64,000 nt of DNA from the NCBI GenBank assembly GCA_045606105.1, contig JAZURI010000007.1:1-64000 (forward strand), read 5' to 3'. The notes under the pieces are model-generated. The model was not told the origin of the DNA, did no database searches, and worked only from the letters and a program-made list of their open reading frames with translations. The position numbers were made by a program, and so were the translations under genes. Of the stretch, positions 1 through 10,024 are shown piece after piece. Within the stretch, counting starts at the first letter, position 1, and every line of letters starts with the position of its first letter. Origin of the DNA: Spirochaetia bacterium (GTDB lineage Bacteria > Spirochaetota > Spirochaetia > CADAEX01).

Positions 1-359
1 ATCTGGAGGAAAAGCTCTCTCATGGCTGTGTTGATAGCATCGCATACCAGGTCTGTATTCAGGGCTTCGAGCAGTGTCTTTCCTATAAGGATTTCACTTG
101 CCATTGCAGCTGAATGTGTCATACCTGAACAGCCGATTGTCTCAACCAGTGCTTCCTGAATGATTCCGTCCTTGACATTAAGTGTAAGCTTGCAGGCACC
201 CTGCTGTGGGGCACACCAGCCGATACCGTGTGTAAAGCCCGAAATATCTTTTATCTCTTTGACCTGAACCCATTTTCCTTCTTCAGGAATAGGTGCCGGT
301 CCGTGATAGGCAGCCTTTGCCAATGGACACATATGTTCCACTTCTGCCGAATAAACCAT
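1..359 (-). CDS. NifU/IscU-like Fe-S scaffold-family protein (type usually adjacent to GGGtGRT protein), 3' end off window
   Basis: Manual translation from ATG at 359 (GGAG SD at 367-370): MVYSAEVEHMCPLAKAAYHGPAPIPEEGKW...HGIGWCAPQQGACKLTLNVKDGIIQEALVETIGCSGMTHSAAMASEIL...LVCDAIN; open to the window edge. Confidence 0.8.
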   Translation of the reverse strand, partial: MVYSAEVEHMCPLAKAAYHGPAPIPEEGKWVQVKEIKDISGFTHGIGWCAPQQGACKLTLNVKDGIIQEALVETIGCSGMTHSAAMASEILIGKTLLEALNTDLVCDAINTAMRELFLQ

Positions 360-453
360 TGTTACTCTCCTTTTTTGTCCCTCAAAAGGGATTTTTATAA
401 TTATATACCATTATTCTAAAAAACGCTACAATTCTGTTGGATTATATTAATAA

Positions 454-482
454 TTGACAGTAAATATAATATTGTTTACGTT
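454..482 (+). promoter_or_regulatory. sigma70-type promoter for metallophosphoesterase copy 1
   Basis: TTGACA-17bp-TACGTT, 10 nt before ATG 493, no SD. Confidence 0.45.
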
Positions 483-492
483 ATAAAACAAT

Positions 493-1628
493 ATGAATAC
501 AAAAAAACTTATTTTAATGACGGTTTTTGTTCTTTTTTTATCTGTCGGGAAGCTTTATGCCGGTAACCTGCAATTCAAAGATGGAAAATTTACCATTATG
601 CATGTTACTGATCTGCATACCGATTATCCGATAGATAAAACTGTTATGGGGTTTATTGCAGATTCGTTGGATAGGATAAAGCCGGATCTTGTTGTTTTGG
701 GTGGGGACATTGCCACAGGCCCCAAGGAAACCAAATATCAGGAAATCAAGGATATTTGTTCTCTTTTTACCGACCGTAAAATCAGATTTTCCCTTGTTTT
801 CGGGAATCATGACTGTGAACACGGTTATACGAACGAGGAGCTTCTTCAAATGTATAAAAAAGCCGGTGAAGGATTCTGTCTGGCCTATGATGCAGTACCT
901 TCTTTGACAGGCTGTGGAAATCACAGGCTTTCTATCCTCTCTTCGGACGGGAATAAGGTTGCAATGGATTTATGGATGCTGGATTCAGGTTCATATATTC
1001 AGAATTCCTCGGGGGGGGGGAGCTTAACTATACTACTGTCCAATCTGACCAGACAGAATGGCTGATTAATAACTACAACCCCAACCCCAACTGCCATTCA
1101 TTTATCTTCCAGCATATCATCGTACAAGAAATCTACGATATTCTTTTTAAAGAAACAAAAAAACGTCCGACAGGTCGGTTTATAACAAATCTTGACAACA
1201 ACAGAACTTTTTTATGTATTCCTGATTTTAGTTTGATAAATGATGGTTTTGTATTGGAAAAACCTTGTCCGGGATATTTTAACACTGGGGAGTTCGGAAG
1301 AATACTGGAGCTCAATAACAGTGTGGAAAACGGTGTAAAGGCAATATTTACGGGACATGACCATTCTAATAGCTTCCGTGTGAAATACCGTGGTGTGGAT
1401 CTTGTAAACACAGCCAGTGCAAAACCTGATTCCGAACTTATTGAAAATATAAACAGGGGATGTCGTGTCATCACGTTTAATGAAAATAATCCTGCAGATT
1501 ATGATACATATACACTGACCAGAAGCAAGTTGGGATACGGTCCTGCAGCCGGTGTAGTCAATGTTTTGAGGGTGATGAGTACCTTTATGATGAAGATTTT
1601 GAAGTTTTTCTCTTTTTTCTTTTTTTGA
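493..1628 (+). pseudogene. Secreted calcineurin-like metallophosphoesterase (Dcr2/PAP-like), frameshifted at a G10 tract
   Basis: ORF 493-1065 has a signal peptide, DLH, GGD and GNHD; ORF 972-1628 has FQH and GHDH; the halves align end to end with the paralog at 2178-3305 and the break is at the G10 run. Confidence 0.85.
1011..1020 (+). repeat. poly-G (G10) homopolymer at the frameshift
   Basis: cctc GGGGGGGGGG agctt; G11 would restore the frame. Confidence 0.9.
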
Positions 1629-2079
1629 GGATAGCCTTCAGGTCGATTGCCTTCTTTGCACAGATCTCGTGGCAGCAATAACATTTGATGCACACCCTGT
1701 GATTGATGGCAATTTTTCCGTTCTTTACGCTCAGGGCCTTTGCCGGACATATTTTCACGCATTCCCCGCACACCACGCAGTTTTCGTTGAATACAGGCTT
1801 CTTTACCGTCAGGTACTGGATCAGGCTGACCATGAAGCCCGGCATGTAGTTCCTGTACAGGGAATTGTCCTTCAGCTTGGTCATTATTTCATAATCCTTG
1901 ATTACCAGATCCTCCGCCTTCAGGAAAGGGTAGGTGATTTCCTTCATATCTTTAAGCCAGTATCCGCAGTCCACCGCCAGCTTCAGGTCCACTATCATCT
2001 GGGCAAAGTTATCTATTTCGGGAAACCTCAGGTGAAAGCCCGATTTCGAGAGCCCCGGAACCAGTCCGAAAAGGGATTT
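1585..2079 (-). pseudogene. 5'-truncated, internally deleted copy of the DUF362/2x[4Fe-4S] gene
   Basis: KSLFGLVPGLSKSGFHLRFPE..MIVDL joined to KLAVDC..YPFLKA..CVVCGECVKICP..CIKCYCCHEIC matches 3280-4404; the N-terminal half and about 60 internal codons are missing. Confidence 0.8.
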
Positions 2080-2177
2080 TTATAATTATATAATATAAAT
2101 GTAAAAAACGCTATAAATAGTTGAAAATTATATATATTTATATTTTTATATTGACGGCAGGGAAAATCATATACATA

Positions 2178-3305
2178 ATGTATGTATTGAAAGGCTTTAA
2201 ATTTTTATTTTTATTATTATTCTCGTTTCTTGCTGTTTCCGTACAGGCATATCAGCTCTCCTTCAATGAGGGAAAGTTTACCGTACTTCATATAACCGAT
2301 CTTTATACCGATTATCCTGTAGATTCTACTGTTTCCGGCTTCATATCAGAGGTACTGGACAGGGAAAAGCCCGATCTGGTGGTTCTGGGCGGTGATATTG
2401 CCACCGGTCCCAAGGAGACCAAATATCAGGAAATAAAGGAAATATGTTCTCTTTTTACAGACCGTGAAATCAGGTTTACCCTGGTTTTCGGAAACCATGA
2501 TTCCCGGTATGGTTATACTAATGAAGAACTTCTGGAAATGTACAGAAAGGCTGGCGGCAGGTTCTGCATGGCTTACGATGCAGTTGTTTCTTTGTCCGGC
2601 TGCGGAAATCACGGGCTTTCTGTCAGGTCTTCGGACGGAAGCAGAGTGGCTCTGGAGCTTTGGATGCTTGATTCCGGCGCCTATCTTCCAAAGGAAAAAG
2701 GGGGAGAGAACCTGAATTATGAAAATGTCCGGCCCGACCAGATGGACTGGATGATCAGAAACTATGATGTCAGTGTTCCTTCCGTAGTTTTTCAGCATAT
2801 AACTGTGCCCGAAATATATAATGCCCTTTTCAAGGATGTAAAACCCCGCCATACAGGCCGCATGATACAGAATCTTGCAGAGGGAACCTATTTACTGATT
2901 CCTAATCTTGCTGTTATTGATGAAGGTTTTATACTTGAGAGACCTTGTCCCGGATATTACAACACAGGACAGTTCGAAAGGATATCGGTGCTGAACAAAT
3001 GTGTGGACAACGGGGTAAAGGCAATATTTACCGGCCATGATCATTCCAACAACTACAGTGTGGAGTACCGTGGTGTGAATCTTGTAAACACAGCCAGTGT
3101 TAAGCCGGCTGAGAAGCTTCGTGATAACATAAACAGAGGATGCCGCGTTATTGTCTTTGAAGAAAGCAATCCTGCAGATTATGAGACATATACCATAACC
3201 AGAAGCAAGCTGGGATACGGTCCTGCAGCCGGTGTAGTCAATGTTATGAGGATTTTTACCTCAGGCATGATGAAGCTTATCAGGTTCTTCTTTTTCTTTT
3301 TCTGA
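2178..3305 (+). CDS. Secreted calcineurin-like metallophosphoesterase (Dcr2/PAP-like), copy 2
   Basis: Signal peptide (AVSVQA), TDLY, GGD, GNHD, FQH, GHDH motifs; start uncertain (ATG 2178 or TTG 2187). Confidence 0.85.
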   Translation: MYVLKGFKFLFLLLFSFLAVSVQAYQLSFNEGKFTVLHITDLYTDYPVDSTVSGFISEVLDREKPDLVVLGGDIATGPKETKYQEIKEICSLFTDREIRFTLVFGNHDSRYGYTNEELLEMYRKAGGRFCMAYDAVVSLSGCGNHGLSVRSSDGSRVALELWMLDSGAYLPKEKGGENLNYENVRPDQMDWMIRNYDVSVPSVVFQHITVPEIYNALFKDVKPRHTGRMIQNLAEGTYLLIPNLAVIDEGFILERPCPGYYNTGQFERISVLNKCVDNGVKAIFTGHDHSNNYSVEYRGVNLVNTASVKPAEKLRDNINRGCRVIVFEESNPADYETYTITRSKLGYGPAAGVVNVMRIFTSGMMKLIRFFFFFF

Positions 3306-4404
3306 TAATAGCCTTCAGGTCTATGGCCTTCTTAGAACAGATTTCATGACAGCAGTAGCATTTTATGCACAGCCTGTGGTTGATGGCTATTTTCCCATCC
3401 TTTATGCTCAGTGCCTTTGCCGGACAGATTTTAATGCACTCACCGCAAACTACGCAGCTTTCGTTGAACCTGGGTCTTTTAACAGTCAGGTACTGGATAA
3501 TCTTTACCATGAATCCCGGCATGTAGTTTTTGAAAAGGGAATTGTCCTTCAGCTTTGTTATGATATCGTAATCGGGGATAACCAGATCTCCGGCCTTTAG
3601 GAAAGGGTATTTTATTTCATCAATGCTCCGTATTCCGAAAGCGCCGTCAAGGGCCAGCTTGAGAACTGGTATCTGCATCGGGTCGTAGGTCATTATGGAT
3701 GAGGTGGCAATATCAATGGCCGGCAGATTGTCCGATGCCATCAGGAGTCCCACATCTCTCGGGGTTCCGCTGCCCGGACCCATCCCCTCCATGGCTGTGA
3801 TTCCGTCCATTACCGCAAACTGTGCCTTTACTGCCAGGTTCAGATCCACAATCATCTGAGCAAAGTTCTCCACCTCAGGAAACCTCAGGTGAAAACCCGA
3901 TTTTGCCAGTCCGGGAATAAGGCCGAAAAGGTTTTTCATTGCACCGGTATAATACATGAGCATATGGGTTTTCATCTTGGCCAGGGAAAAGACTGTATCC
4001 ACCTCTTTTACGATATCGGCCATCAGGAAGCTTTTCACCAGCTTTCCTTCAGGAACCTCCACCACAGCGGTTTTTGTGAAATCGAACCATACCGCACCGC
4101 ATTCCTCGGTTACGGTTCTCAGGCCCGACTTGTTGCCTGCTGTTATATGGTTGTGGAAAGCGGGACTGTCTCCCACAAATATGGTATTCCCCTTTTTCTG
4201 CAGGTAGAGAATTACCGCTCTCAGTACCTCGGGATGGGTGGTTACCGCTTTTTCCGGTACCTCTGCATATAAAATATTTGGCTTGAGAAGGATTTTTCTG
4301 TTTTCGAGCCTGTCTGCTCCCACGGAATCCAGAAGCTGCTTCATTACAGCCTCAACCTTTTCTCTCTCATAATTACTGCATTCAAGAATACTTACTGTAG
4401 CCAT
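3280..4404 (-). CDS. DUF362 family protein with C-terminal 2x[4Fe-4S] ferredoxin domain
   Basis: LLKPN, TTHP, KMKTH..YTGAMKNLFG, MEGMGP motifs; CxxCxxCxxxCP and CxxCxCCxExC. Confidence 0.9.
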   Translation of the reverse strand: MATVSILECSNYEREKVEAVMKQLLDSVGADRLENRKILLKPNILYAEVPEKAVTTHPEVLRAVILYLQKKGNTIFVGDSPAFHNHITAGNKSGLRTVTEECGAVWFDFTKTAVVEVPEGKLVKSFLMADIVKEVDTVFSLAKMKTHMLMYYTGAMKNLFGLIPGLAKSGFHLRFPEVENFAQMIVDLNLAVKAQFAVMDGITAMEGMGPGSGTPRDVGLLMASDNLPAIDIATSSIMTYDPMQIPVLKLALDGAFGIRSIDEIKYPFLKAGDLVIPDYDIITKLKDNSLFKNYMPGFMVKIIQYLTVKRPRFNESCVVCGECIKICPAKALSIKDGKIAINHRLCIKCYCCHEICSKKAIDLKAIIRKRKRRT

Positions 4405-4405
4405 G

Positions 4406-5167
4406 TCATACCTTCCGTATTACAGAATAATAAATAGGTCCCCATCCGGTTCTGTCCGGCAGGATATGTATTCCGTATTCTGTCTTTTCTCCTGTTTCAG
4501 GTTCGGTTTCCTCAACCTCAAACAGTCCTTTTCTTTTTTTATGAAGCTTTTCTATAATATTGTCGTTTTCCATCGGCGATACCGAGCAGGTGGAGTAAAC
4601 CAGACGGCCTCCCGGTTTGAGGGCATCCAATGCCGCTGCCAGCATGGCAAACTGCCTTATGGCCAGCTGCTTGGTTTTGGCCGGTGTCCACTGGGCCAGA
4701 TAATGAGGCGAGGAAAAAACATGTCTTTCCGATGAGCAGGGAGCATCCAGAAGAATCCTGTCGTAGCACTCCTTTTCATAAAGGGCCCAGGTGGCGGCAT
4801 CGTAACCTGTTATCTTTACGGATGCGGCTATCTCTGCGGGAAGGTGCTCCTCCAGGACGGTTTTCAGTCTGAATCTCCGGTCTGCAGACTTGTCGTTTGC
4901 AACCAATAGCCCTGCAGGTCCTTTGGCCAGCGCCAGCTGCAGTGTCTTTCCTCCCGGAGCGGCGCACATATCCAGTACCGTATCCCCCGGCCGGACCTCC
5001 AGCGCCCTTGCCGGAAACACCGATGCCTTGTCCAGATAGTAGGGCTTCAGAAGCCCCTCCTGCAGGGTATGGTATCCCGGCTCCTCTGCAAAGGCCTTTT
5101 TCAGCTCTTCCCAGCGGTCGCCCCAGATTTTTCCGTAATATGTATCAAAGCTCTCTTTCTGTTTCAC
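4406..5167 (-). CDS. RsmB/RsmF (NOL1/NOP2/Sun) family RNA m5C methyltransferase
   Basis: LDMCAAPGGKT, ILLDAPCS, LVYSTCS, ENDN. Confidence 0.9.
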   Translation of the reverse strand: MKQKESFDTYYGKIWGDRWEELKKAFAEEPGYHTLQEGLLKPYYLDKASVFPARALEVRPGDTVLDMCAAPGGKTLQLALAKGPAGLLVANDKSADRRFRLKTVLEEHLPAEIAASVKITGYDAATWALYEKECYDRILLDAPCSSERHVFSSPHYLAQWTPAKTKQLAIRQFAMLAAALDALKPGGRLVYSTCSVSPMENDNIIEKLHKKRKGLFEVEETEPETGEKTEYGIHILPDRTGWGPIYYSVIRKV

Positions 5168-7548
5168 TTGTTTTCTTTAAGTTTTTCCGACAGCTCCCTG
5201 AAACAGCTTACTGCCTTTGCATTGAAGCTTCCCTCCGGGAATTTTCCTTCGGCATCCTTTTCTCCGGCTGCCATTCCTGTGAGGATTTCCAGCCCCTCGT
5301 TGACGGTTCTGATAGGGTAGATATGGAAAAGTCCCTTGGAAACAGCTTCCAGTATCTCGTCCGGAAGAAGAAGGTTATCTATATTGGTTTCCGGGATAAT
5401 GACACCCTGGGTACCGCTAAGTCCTCTGTGCTCACAGATCTTGAAGAAGCCGGCAACCTTTTCCCGTACTCCACCCACGGCCTGGATTTCACCGAACTGG
5501 TTTACGGAGCCTGTAACTGCAATATCCTGTCTGAGAGGGATTCCCGTAACAGCGGAAAGAAGTGCATAGATTTCTGCTGCAGAGGCGGAATCTCCGTCTA
5601 TTATTCCATAGGACTGTTCAAAGCAGAGGCTGGCTCTGAAGGACATGTTGAAGCGGTCTGAATACACGGTCCTGATAAATCCTTCGATTATCATTACAGC
5701 CTTGTCATAGATCTCCCCTGAAAGCCCGGCTTCATGTTCGATATTGATTATGCCGTCATCTCCGGCACAGCATACCGCAGTCAGAAGCGACGGCTGTCCG
5801 AAGGAATAGCCACCTCTGGTGGTCAGAACCGTAAGTGCATTTATGGTTCCTGTTCTTTTTCCCTCGGTCTGTATCCTGATGGTTCCTCTGAGAATCTGGT
5901 CTGTTATGTTTTTCTCTGCCAGGCCGATAAAATAGAGCCTTTCCGATTCAGCTTTCTTCAGGGTCTCTCCCGTAATACTTTTCAGCCCCATCTGCTTTGC
6001 CCAGTAGTTTCCCTCGATAAGAAGGTCTGAAATCCTGGAAAACCGTGTGGAAAGCTTGTTTCTGTTATCGGTAAGTATCATGCCGTATTTCAGGATAAAT
6101 CCGATTCCCTCATCGGTTACAGGCATAAGCTTCCTGGCCCTGCAGGTATGGTCCACATATTCCGCATACTGACCGATGCTCTCCTCGTCAAGATCCATTT
6201 CGGAATCAAACTCCGCGATAACCTTGAAGAACTTACCGAAATCCTCGTCCGATTCATAGAGGATATTGGAGATTCTCTCGCTGCCGATAAGTATTATCTT
6301 TACATCGGTTTTCACAGCCTTAGGCTTCAGTGAGGAGCCCATCATGTTGAGAGGATTTCCTGATGCCTGAATCTGTACCTCGCCGCTTTTTAGGGTTCTT
6401 TTCATGTATTCCCATGAGGCTTCGTCCTGAAAGAGATCCTCTGCATTGATGATTATGAATCCACCCGATGCCTTTATGAGGGAGCCGGCCTTGATCATCA
6501 TGAAATTGGCCTTGGTTTCCCCTGTGAATTCGGTTCTGTGCTCTATGGTTCCGAAAAGGTTGGTGCAGCTGGGATGGGTTTCGTATATTACCGGACAGGT
6601 GTTCACATTGGAATTGTCCACAATTACGTTTACATCATACCGGAGCATTTCACTCTCTATTATTTCCTTGGTTTCGGCAGTGATTTCCTCTGTAAACAGC
6701 TCTATCTTGTCCAGGATGTCTTCAAGCATGGCGTTAAGGTAGGTATTCACATCCCTGTTCCTGAACTCAGCCTTGATCTTGTCGATGCAGGAAGCCAGGT
6801 ACGGTCTCACATGCTTCTTTGCCAGATTGTCCAGCTTGTCCTCCAGCTCGTTCTTATTGAGCTGCATTTTCCGGACCACCTCCTCAAACATGTCGGTGTG
6901 TCTGTAGAAACGGGTCCTGAGATCCTCCCACAGCTCCTCTGTCATATCCTCCTGGTTCAGAAGCTCCTCGAAGCTCATTGGTTTTCCGTTGTAGAGAGGG
7001 AGAATATCGGTTACCGGCTCCTCGTTTTCCTTGGCTGTATTGACCATGGTAAAGCCGTCCTTGTCCAGGATTGCCTCGAATTCGTCAAGAAGCTTGTTCT
7101 CTTCCCCTTCGTGATACTTTACCAGCTTTTCCTTTTCGTTTTTGTATGCATTGGTCCCCAGATGGATCCTTACATTTTTCCTTATCTGGGAAATGAAGCT
7201 CCTTACCGCATCCCTGAACCTGTTTCCCATGTTTTTTCTGAAGCAGAGAATGTCGGGGGAGTCCGGGTCTGCGAAATTGTAGACAAAGGCCATATCCTTC
7301 AGCTGCTTTCTTTTCTTGTATTTGTTGATGAGATTGCGTACTGCGGCATGTCTTCCCGTTCCCGATTCCCCGGTTACAAAGATGTTGTATCCGCTGTAAT
7401 CCATCCTTATGCCGAACCGGAGTGCCTTCAGCGCCCTTGGCTGTCCGATTATATCTATATTGCTTCCGTTTTTTCTGGATCTGCGTATTTCTTCAGGTGG
7501 AACCGAATAATCAAGTTCCTGTAATGAAAGTTCTCTGTATTTGTCCAT
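5164..7548 (-). CDS. LonC/LonB-like ATP-dependent protease (AAA + S16 domain)
   Basis: IGQPRA, GESGTGR, FEQSYGIIDGDSASAAE (catalytic Ser), AVTGSVNQFGEIQAVGGVREK; start moved to ATG 7548. Confidence 0.9.
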   Translation of the reverse strand: MDKYRELSLQELDYSVPPEEIRRSRKNGSNIDIIGQPRALKALRFGIRMDYSGYNIFVTGESGTGRHAAVRNLINKYKKRKQLKDMAFVYNFADPDSPDILCFRKNMGNRFRDAVRSFISQIRKNVRIHLGTNAYKNEKEKLVKYHEGEENKLLDEFEAILDKDGFTMVNTAKENEEPVTDILPLYNGKPMSFEELLNQEDMTEELWEDLRTRFYRHTDMFEEVVRKMQLNKNELEDKLDNLAKKHVRPYLASCIDKIKAEFRNRDVNTYLNAMLEDILDKIELFTEEITAETKEIIESEMLRYDVNVIVDNSNVNTCPVIYETHPSCTNLFGTIEHRTEFTGETKANFMMIKAGSLIKASGGFIIINAEDLFQDEASWEYMKRTLKSGEVQIQASGNPLNMMGSSLKPKAVKTDVKIILIGSERISNILYESDEDFGKFFKVIAEFDSEMDLDEESIGQYAEYVDHTCRARKLMPVTDEGIGFILKYGMILTDNRNKLSTRFSRISDLLIEGNYWAKQMGLKSITGETLKKAESERLYFIGLAEKNITDQILRGTIRIQTEGKRTGTINALTVLTTRGGYSFGQPSLLTAVCCAGDDGIINIEHEAGLSGEIYDKAVMIIEGFIRTVYSDRFNMSFRASLCFEQSYGIIDGDSASAAEIYALLSAVTGIPLRQDIAVTGSVNQFGEIQAVGGVREKVAGFFKICEHRGLSGTQGVIIPETNIDNLLLPDEILEAVSKGLFHIYPIRTVNEGLEILTGMAAGEKDAEGKFPEGSFNAKAVSCFRELSEKLKENK

Positions 7549-7555
7549 ACTATAG

Positions 7556-7584
7556 ATTACACAGGATAGATTGTTTGTTGTCAA
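7556..7584 (-). promoter_or_regulatory. sigma70-type promoter, likely leaderless lon transcript
   Basis: TTGACA-17bp-TGTAAT, then 7 nt to ATG 7548. Confidence 0.55.
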
Positions 7585-7626
7585 GAAGAGTTTTTTACTA
7601 TATTATTGATATTATGGAGGGATTGC

Positions 7627-8385
7627 ATGAAGCTTTGCGAACTTGACAGATATTTCAGGAGCTTTCTCGAAATTGACAGCCTTGAAGGGACCGATATCTC
7701 CCTTAACGGAATCCAGGTCGAAAACCGGGGCGACATAAAAAAGATCGCCTTTGCCGTTGATGCATGTCAGGAGGTCTTTAACCGGGCCGCCGCCGCAGGG
7801 GCTCAGATGGTTTTCGTACACCACGGCCTTTTCTGGGGACACGAGCAGAAGATTACAGGTGCCCATTACAACCGTATCTCAACCCTTATAAAAAATGACA
7901 TGGCCCTTTATGCAGTTCATCTTCCTCTGGATATTCATCCCGAGTTGGGAAACAATGTTACCCTGGCCCGGATTGCAGGACTCCGGAATCTGCAGCCCTT
8001 CGGAACCTTCCGCGGTATCAAGGTCGGTGTGAAAGGGGAGTTTGAAACCGAAACCACCATGGCCCAGGTGCTGGACAGGGCCTCCATCGACAGGAACGAA
8101 ATCCTTGCCCTCTATCCCTTCGGCAAGAAGCTCTGCAGGACAGGTGCGGTGATTACCGGCGGCGGAGAGAGCGATATAATGCAGGCTGTGGATGAGGATA
8201 TCGACCTTTTCATCACCGGCGATGCAGCCCACGTGGTCTATCATACGGCACTGGAAAACAGGATAAACATGGTATCAGCCGGACACTACAGGACCGAAAT
8301 CTACGGAGTCAGGAATGTGGCGGAAAAGGTAAGCCGTGAGCTGGGTCTCGAAACAATATTCATAGATGTTCCTACAGGACTTTAA
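7627..8385 (+). CDS. Nif3-like dinuclear metal centre hexameric protein (YbgI family)
   Basis: NGIQV, FVHHGLFW, HLPLDIHPELGNN, AGHYRTE; GGAGG SD. Confidence 0.92.
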   Translation: MKLCELDRYFRSFLEIDSLEGTDISLNGIQVENRGDIKKIAFAVDACQEVFNRAAAAGAQMVFVHHGLFWGHEQKITGAHYNRISTLIKNDMALYAVHLPLDIHPELGNNVTLARIAGLRNLQPFGTFRGIKVGVKGEFETETTMAQVLDRASIDRNEILALYPFGKKLCRTGAVITGGGESDIMQAVDEDIDLFITGDAAHVVYHTALENRINMVSAGHYRTEIYGVRNVAEKVSRELGLETIFIDVPTGL

Positions 8386-8394
8386 GGGGTAAGT

Positions 8395-8895
8395 ATGTTG
8401 TCTAAGGAAAAAAGTCTTCCGTTTGTTCTTTCAGCTTTTGTTTTGGTTCTGGACCAGATAACCAAGATTGCGGTTGTTGCCTCAATACCTGAGAACGGGA
8501 TAGGGGCCTCCTACCTTGACGGCTTTCTCAGAATCGTCCATGTAAAGAATATCGCCATAGCCTTCAGCCTGGGAGAAAGCATGCCGGATGCAGTCCGTTT
8601 TCTCCTTTTCTCCATTATTCCGCTTCTTCTTATCTGCGGTATCATCATTTATCTTTACAGGACCGAAAGCCTGACCCGTTACCAGCGCTGGCTTGTGTGC
8701 GGTATCGTAGGCGGCGGGCTCGGAAACCTGGTGGACCGTATCTTCAGGCCGGACGGTGTTATCGATTTTGTTGATGTGAAGTTCTACGGTCTTTTCGGCT
8801 TTGAAAGATGGCCTACCTTCAATGTGGCAGATGTGGCTATCGTTATCTGTGGCTTTCTTCTCATGTTCACGCTGCTCAAGACCCGAAAATCATGA
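8395..8895 (+). CDS. lspA: Lipoprotein signal peptidase II
   Basis: LDQITK, N..IAFSL, GGLGNLVDR, VIDF, WPTFNVAD. Confidence 0.95.
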   Translation: MLSKEKSLPFVLSAFVLVLDQITKIAVVASIPENGIGASYLDGFLRIVHVKNIAIAFSLGESMPDAVRFLLFSIIPLLLICGIIIYLYRTESLTRYQRWLVCGIVGGGLGNLVDRIFRPDGVIDFVDVKFYGLFGFERWPTFNVADVAIVICGFLLMFTLLKTRKS

Positions 8896-9977
8896 TTTCC
8901 GTCATAGTTCCGGTTTACAACAGACCGGAGCTTCTTGAAAAGGCAGTTCTTTCGGTTCTGTCTCAGACATACAGCGATTTCCGGCTCATTATCGTGGATG
9001 ACTGTTCTTCTGACTCCACTCCGTCGGTTATCAGGAGGCTTGCGGAAACAGACAGCAGGATAGTACCGGTTTTTCTCCGTAAGCACAGGGGCAATCCGGG
9101 GGCTGTCAGGAACGAAGGAGTCCGCCGTGCTGCCGGAAAATATATTGCATTTCTCGATTCCGACGATGTATGGGAGCCCGAAAAGCTTGCTCTCCAGCTG
9201 CCTTTTATGGAAAAATACCGTTTTGTCCATACCGGTGAAAAATGGATGCGTCTGGGCAGGGAGGTTTCCCAGAAATCCATGAAGTTCAGGCGGGAAGGGG
9301 ATATCTTTGAGGATGCCCTGGAAAAATGCTTTATAGGTCCTTCCACGGTAATGATGGAAAAAAAGCTTTTTTACGAAAAGGGAGGCTTTGATCCCACCCT
9401 GGAAATATGCGAGGATTACGAATTCTGGCTCCGGATAACAGCTACCGAAAATGTAGGGTATCTGGACAGGAAGCTTACGGTAAAGCAGGCCGGAGAATGG
9501 GAGCAGCTGTCGGTAAAGTACGGTCAGATAGAGATATTCAGGATAAAGGCTCTGGAAAAGCTCCTTAAAAAAGGGTTCTTCTCAGGGGATAAAAAGACCA
9601 TGGCAGAAGCTGTTTTCCGCACCAAATGCAGCATCTATGCTGCCGGCTGCCGGAAAAGGGGCCGGGAGAAGGAGGCGCTTCATTACGAAAGCCTGCCCGA
9701 ATCGGTTGCCGATTTCTCCTGGTATTTGTATATTCTTGAATGTGGGGACGGAAGCTACTATACCGGTGTTACCACAGATCCGGCCAGAAGGGAGGCCGAG
9801 CACAACGGCAGCAGCCGGGGTGCCAGGTATACCAGAACCAGACGGCCGGTAAAGATGGTTTTCTGCCAGAAAGCGGAATCCAGGGAACAGGCTCTCAGGG
9901 CCGAGGCTTCCGTTAAGCGTAAAACAAAGGAAGAGAAAAAAAATATTGTAAAAAAAGGTTTTTATGTGTTGACATAA
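8892..9977 (+). CDS. GT2 glycosyltransferase fused to a C-terminal GIY-YIG (UPF0213-like) endonuclease domain
   Basis: ISVIVPVYN..DDCSSD..RNEG..FLDSDD..EDYEFW, then WYLYILECGDGSYYTGVTTD..R..EHN..GARYTRTRRP..E; ATGA overlap with lspA. Confidence 0.85.
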   Translation: MISVIVPVYNRPELLEKAVLSVLSQTYSDFRLIIVDDCSSDSTPSVIRRLAETDSRIVPVFLRKHRGNPGAVRNEGVRRAAGKYIAFLDSDDVWEPEKLALQLPFMEKYRFVHTGEKWMRLGREVSQKSMKFRREGDIFEDALEKCFIGPSTVMMEKKLFYEKGGFDPTLEICEDYEFWLRITATENVGYLDRKLTVKQAGEWEQLSVKYGQIEIFRIKALEKLLKKGFFSGDKKTMAEAVFRTKCSIYAAGCRKRGREKEALHYESLPESVADFSWYLYILECGDGSYYTGVTTDPARREAEHNGSSRGARYTRTRRPVKMVFCQKAESREQALRAEASVKRKTKEEKKNIVKKGFYVLT

Positions 9978-10024
9978 GCAATCTTTTATGCAATTTTATC
10001 CACAAAATTAGAGGAGGAATTGTT

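Noticed and set aside
6538-7524. Long antisense ORFs (also 14416-15444, 24135-25259, 29122-30048, 61838-62656)
   Set aside because: They shadow well-supported genes on the opposite strand and carry no motifs; explained by codon bias
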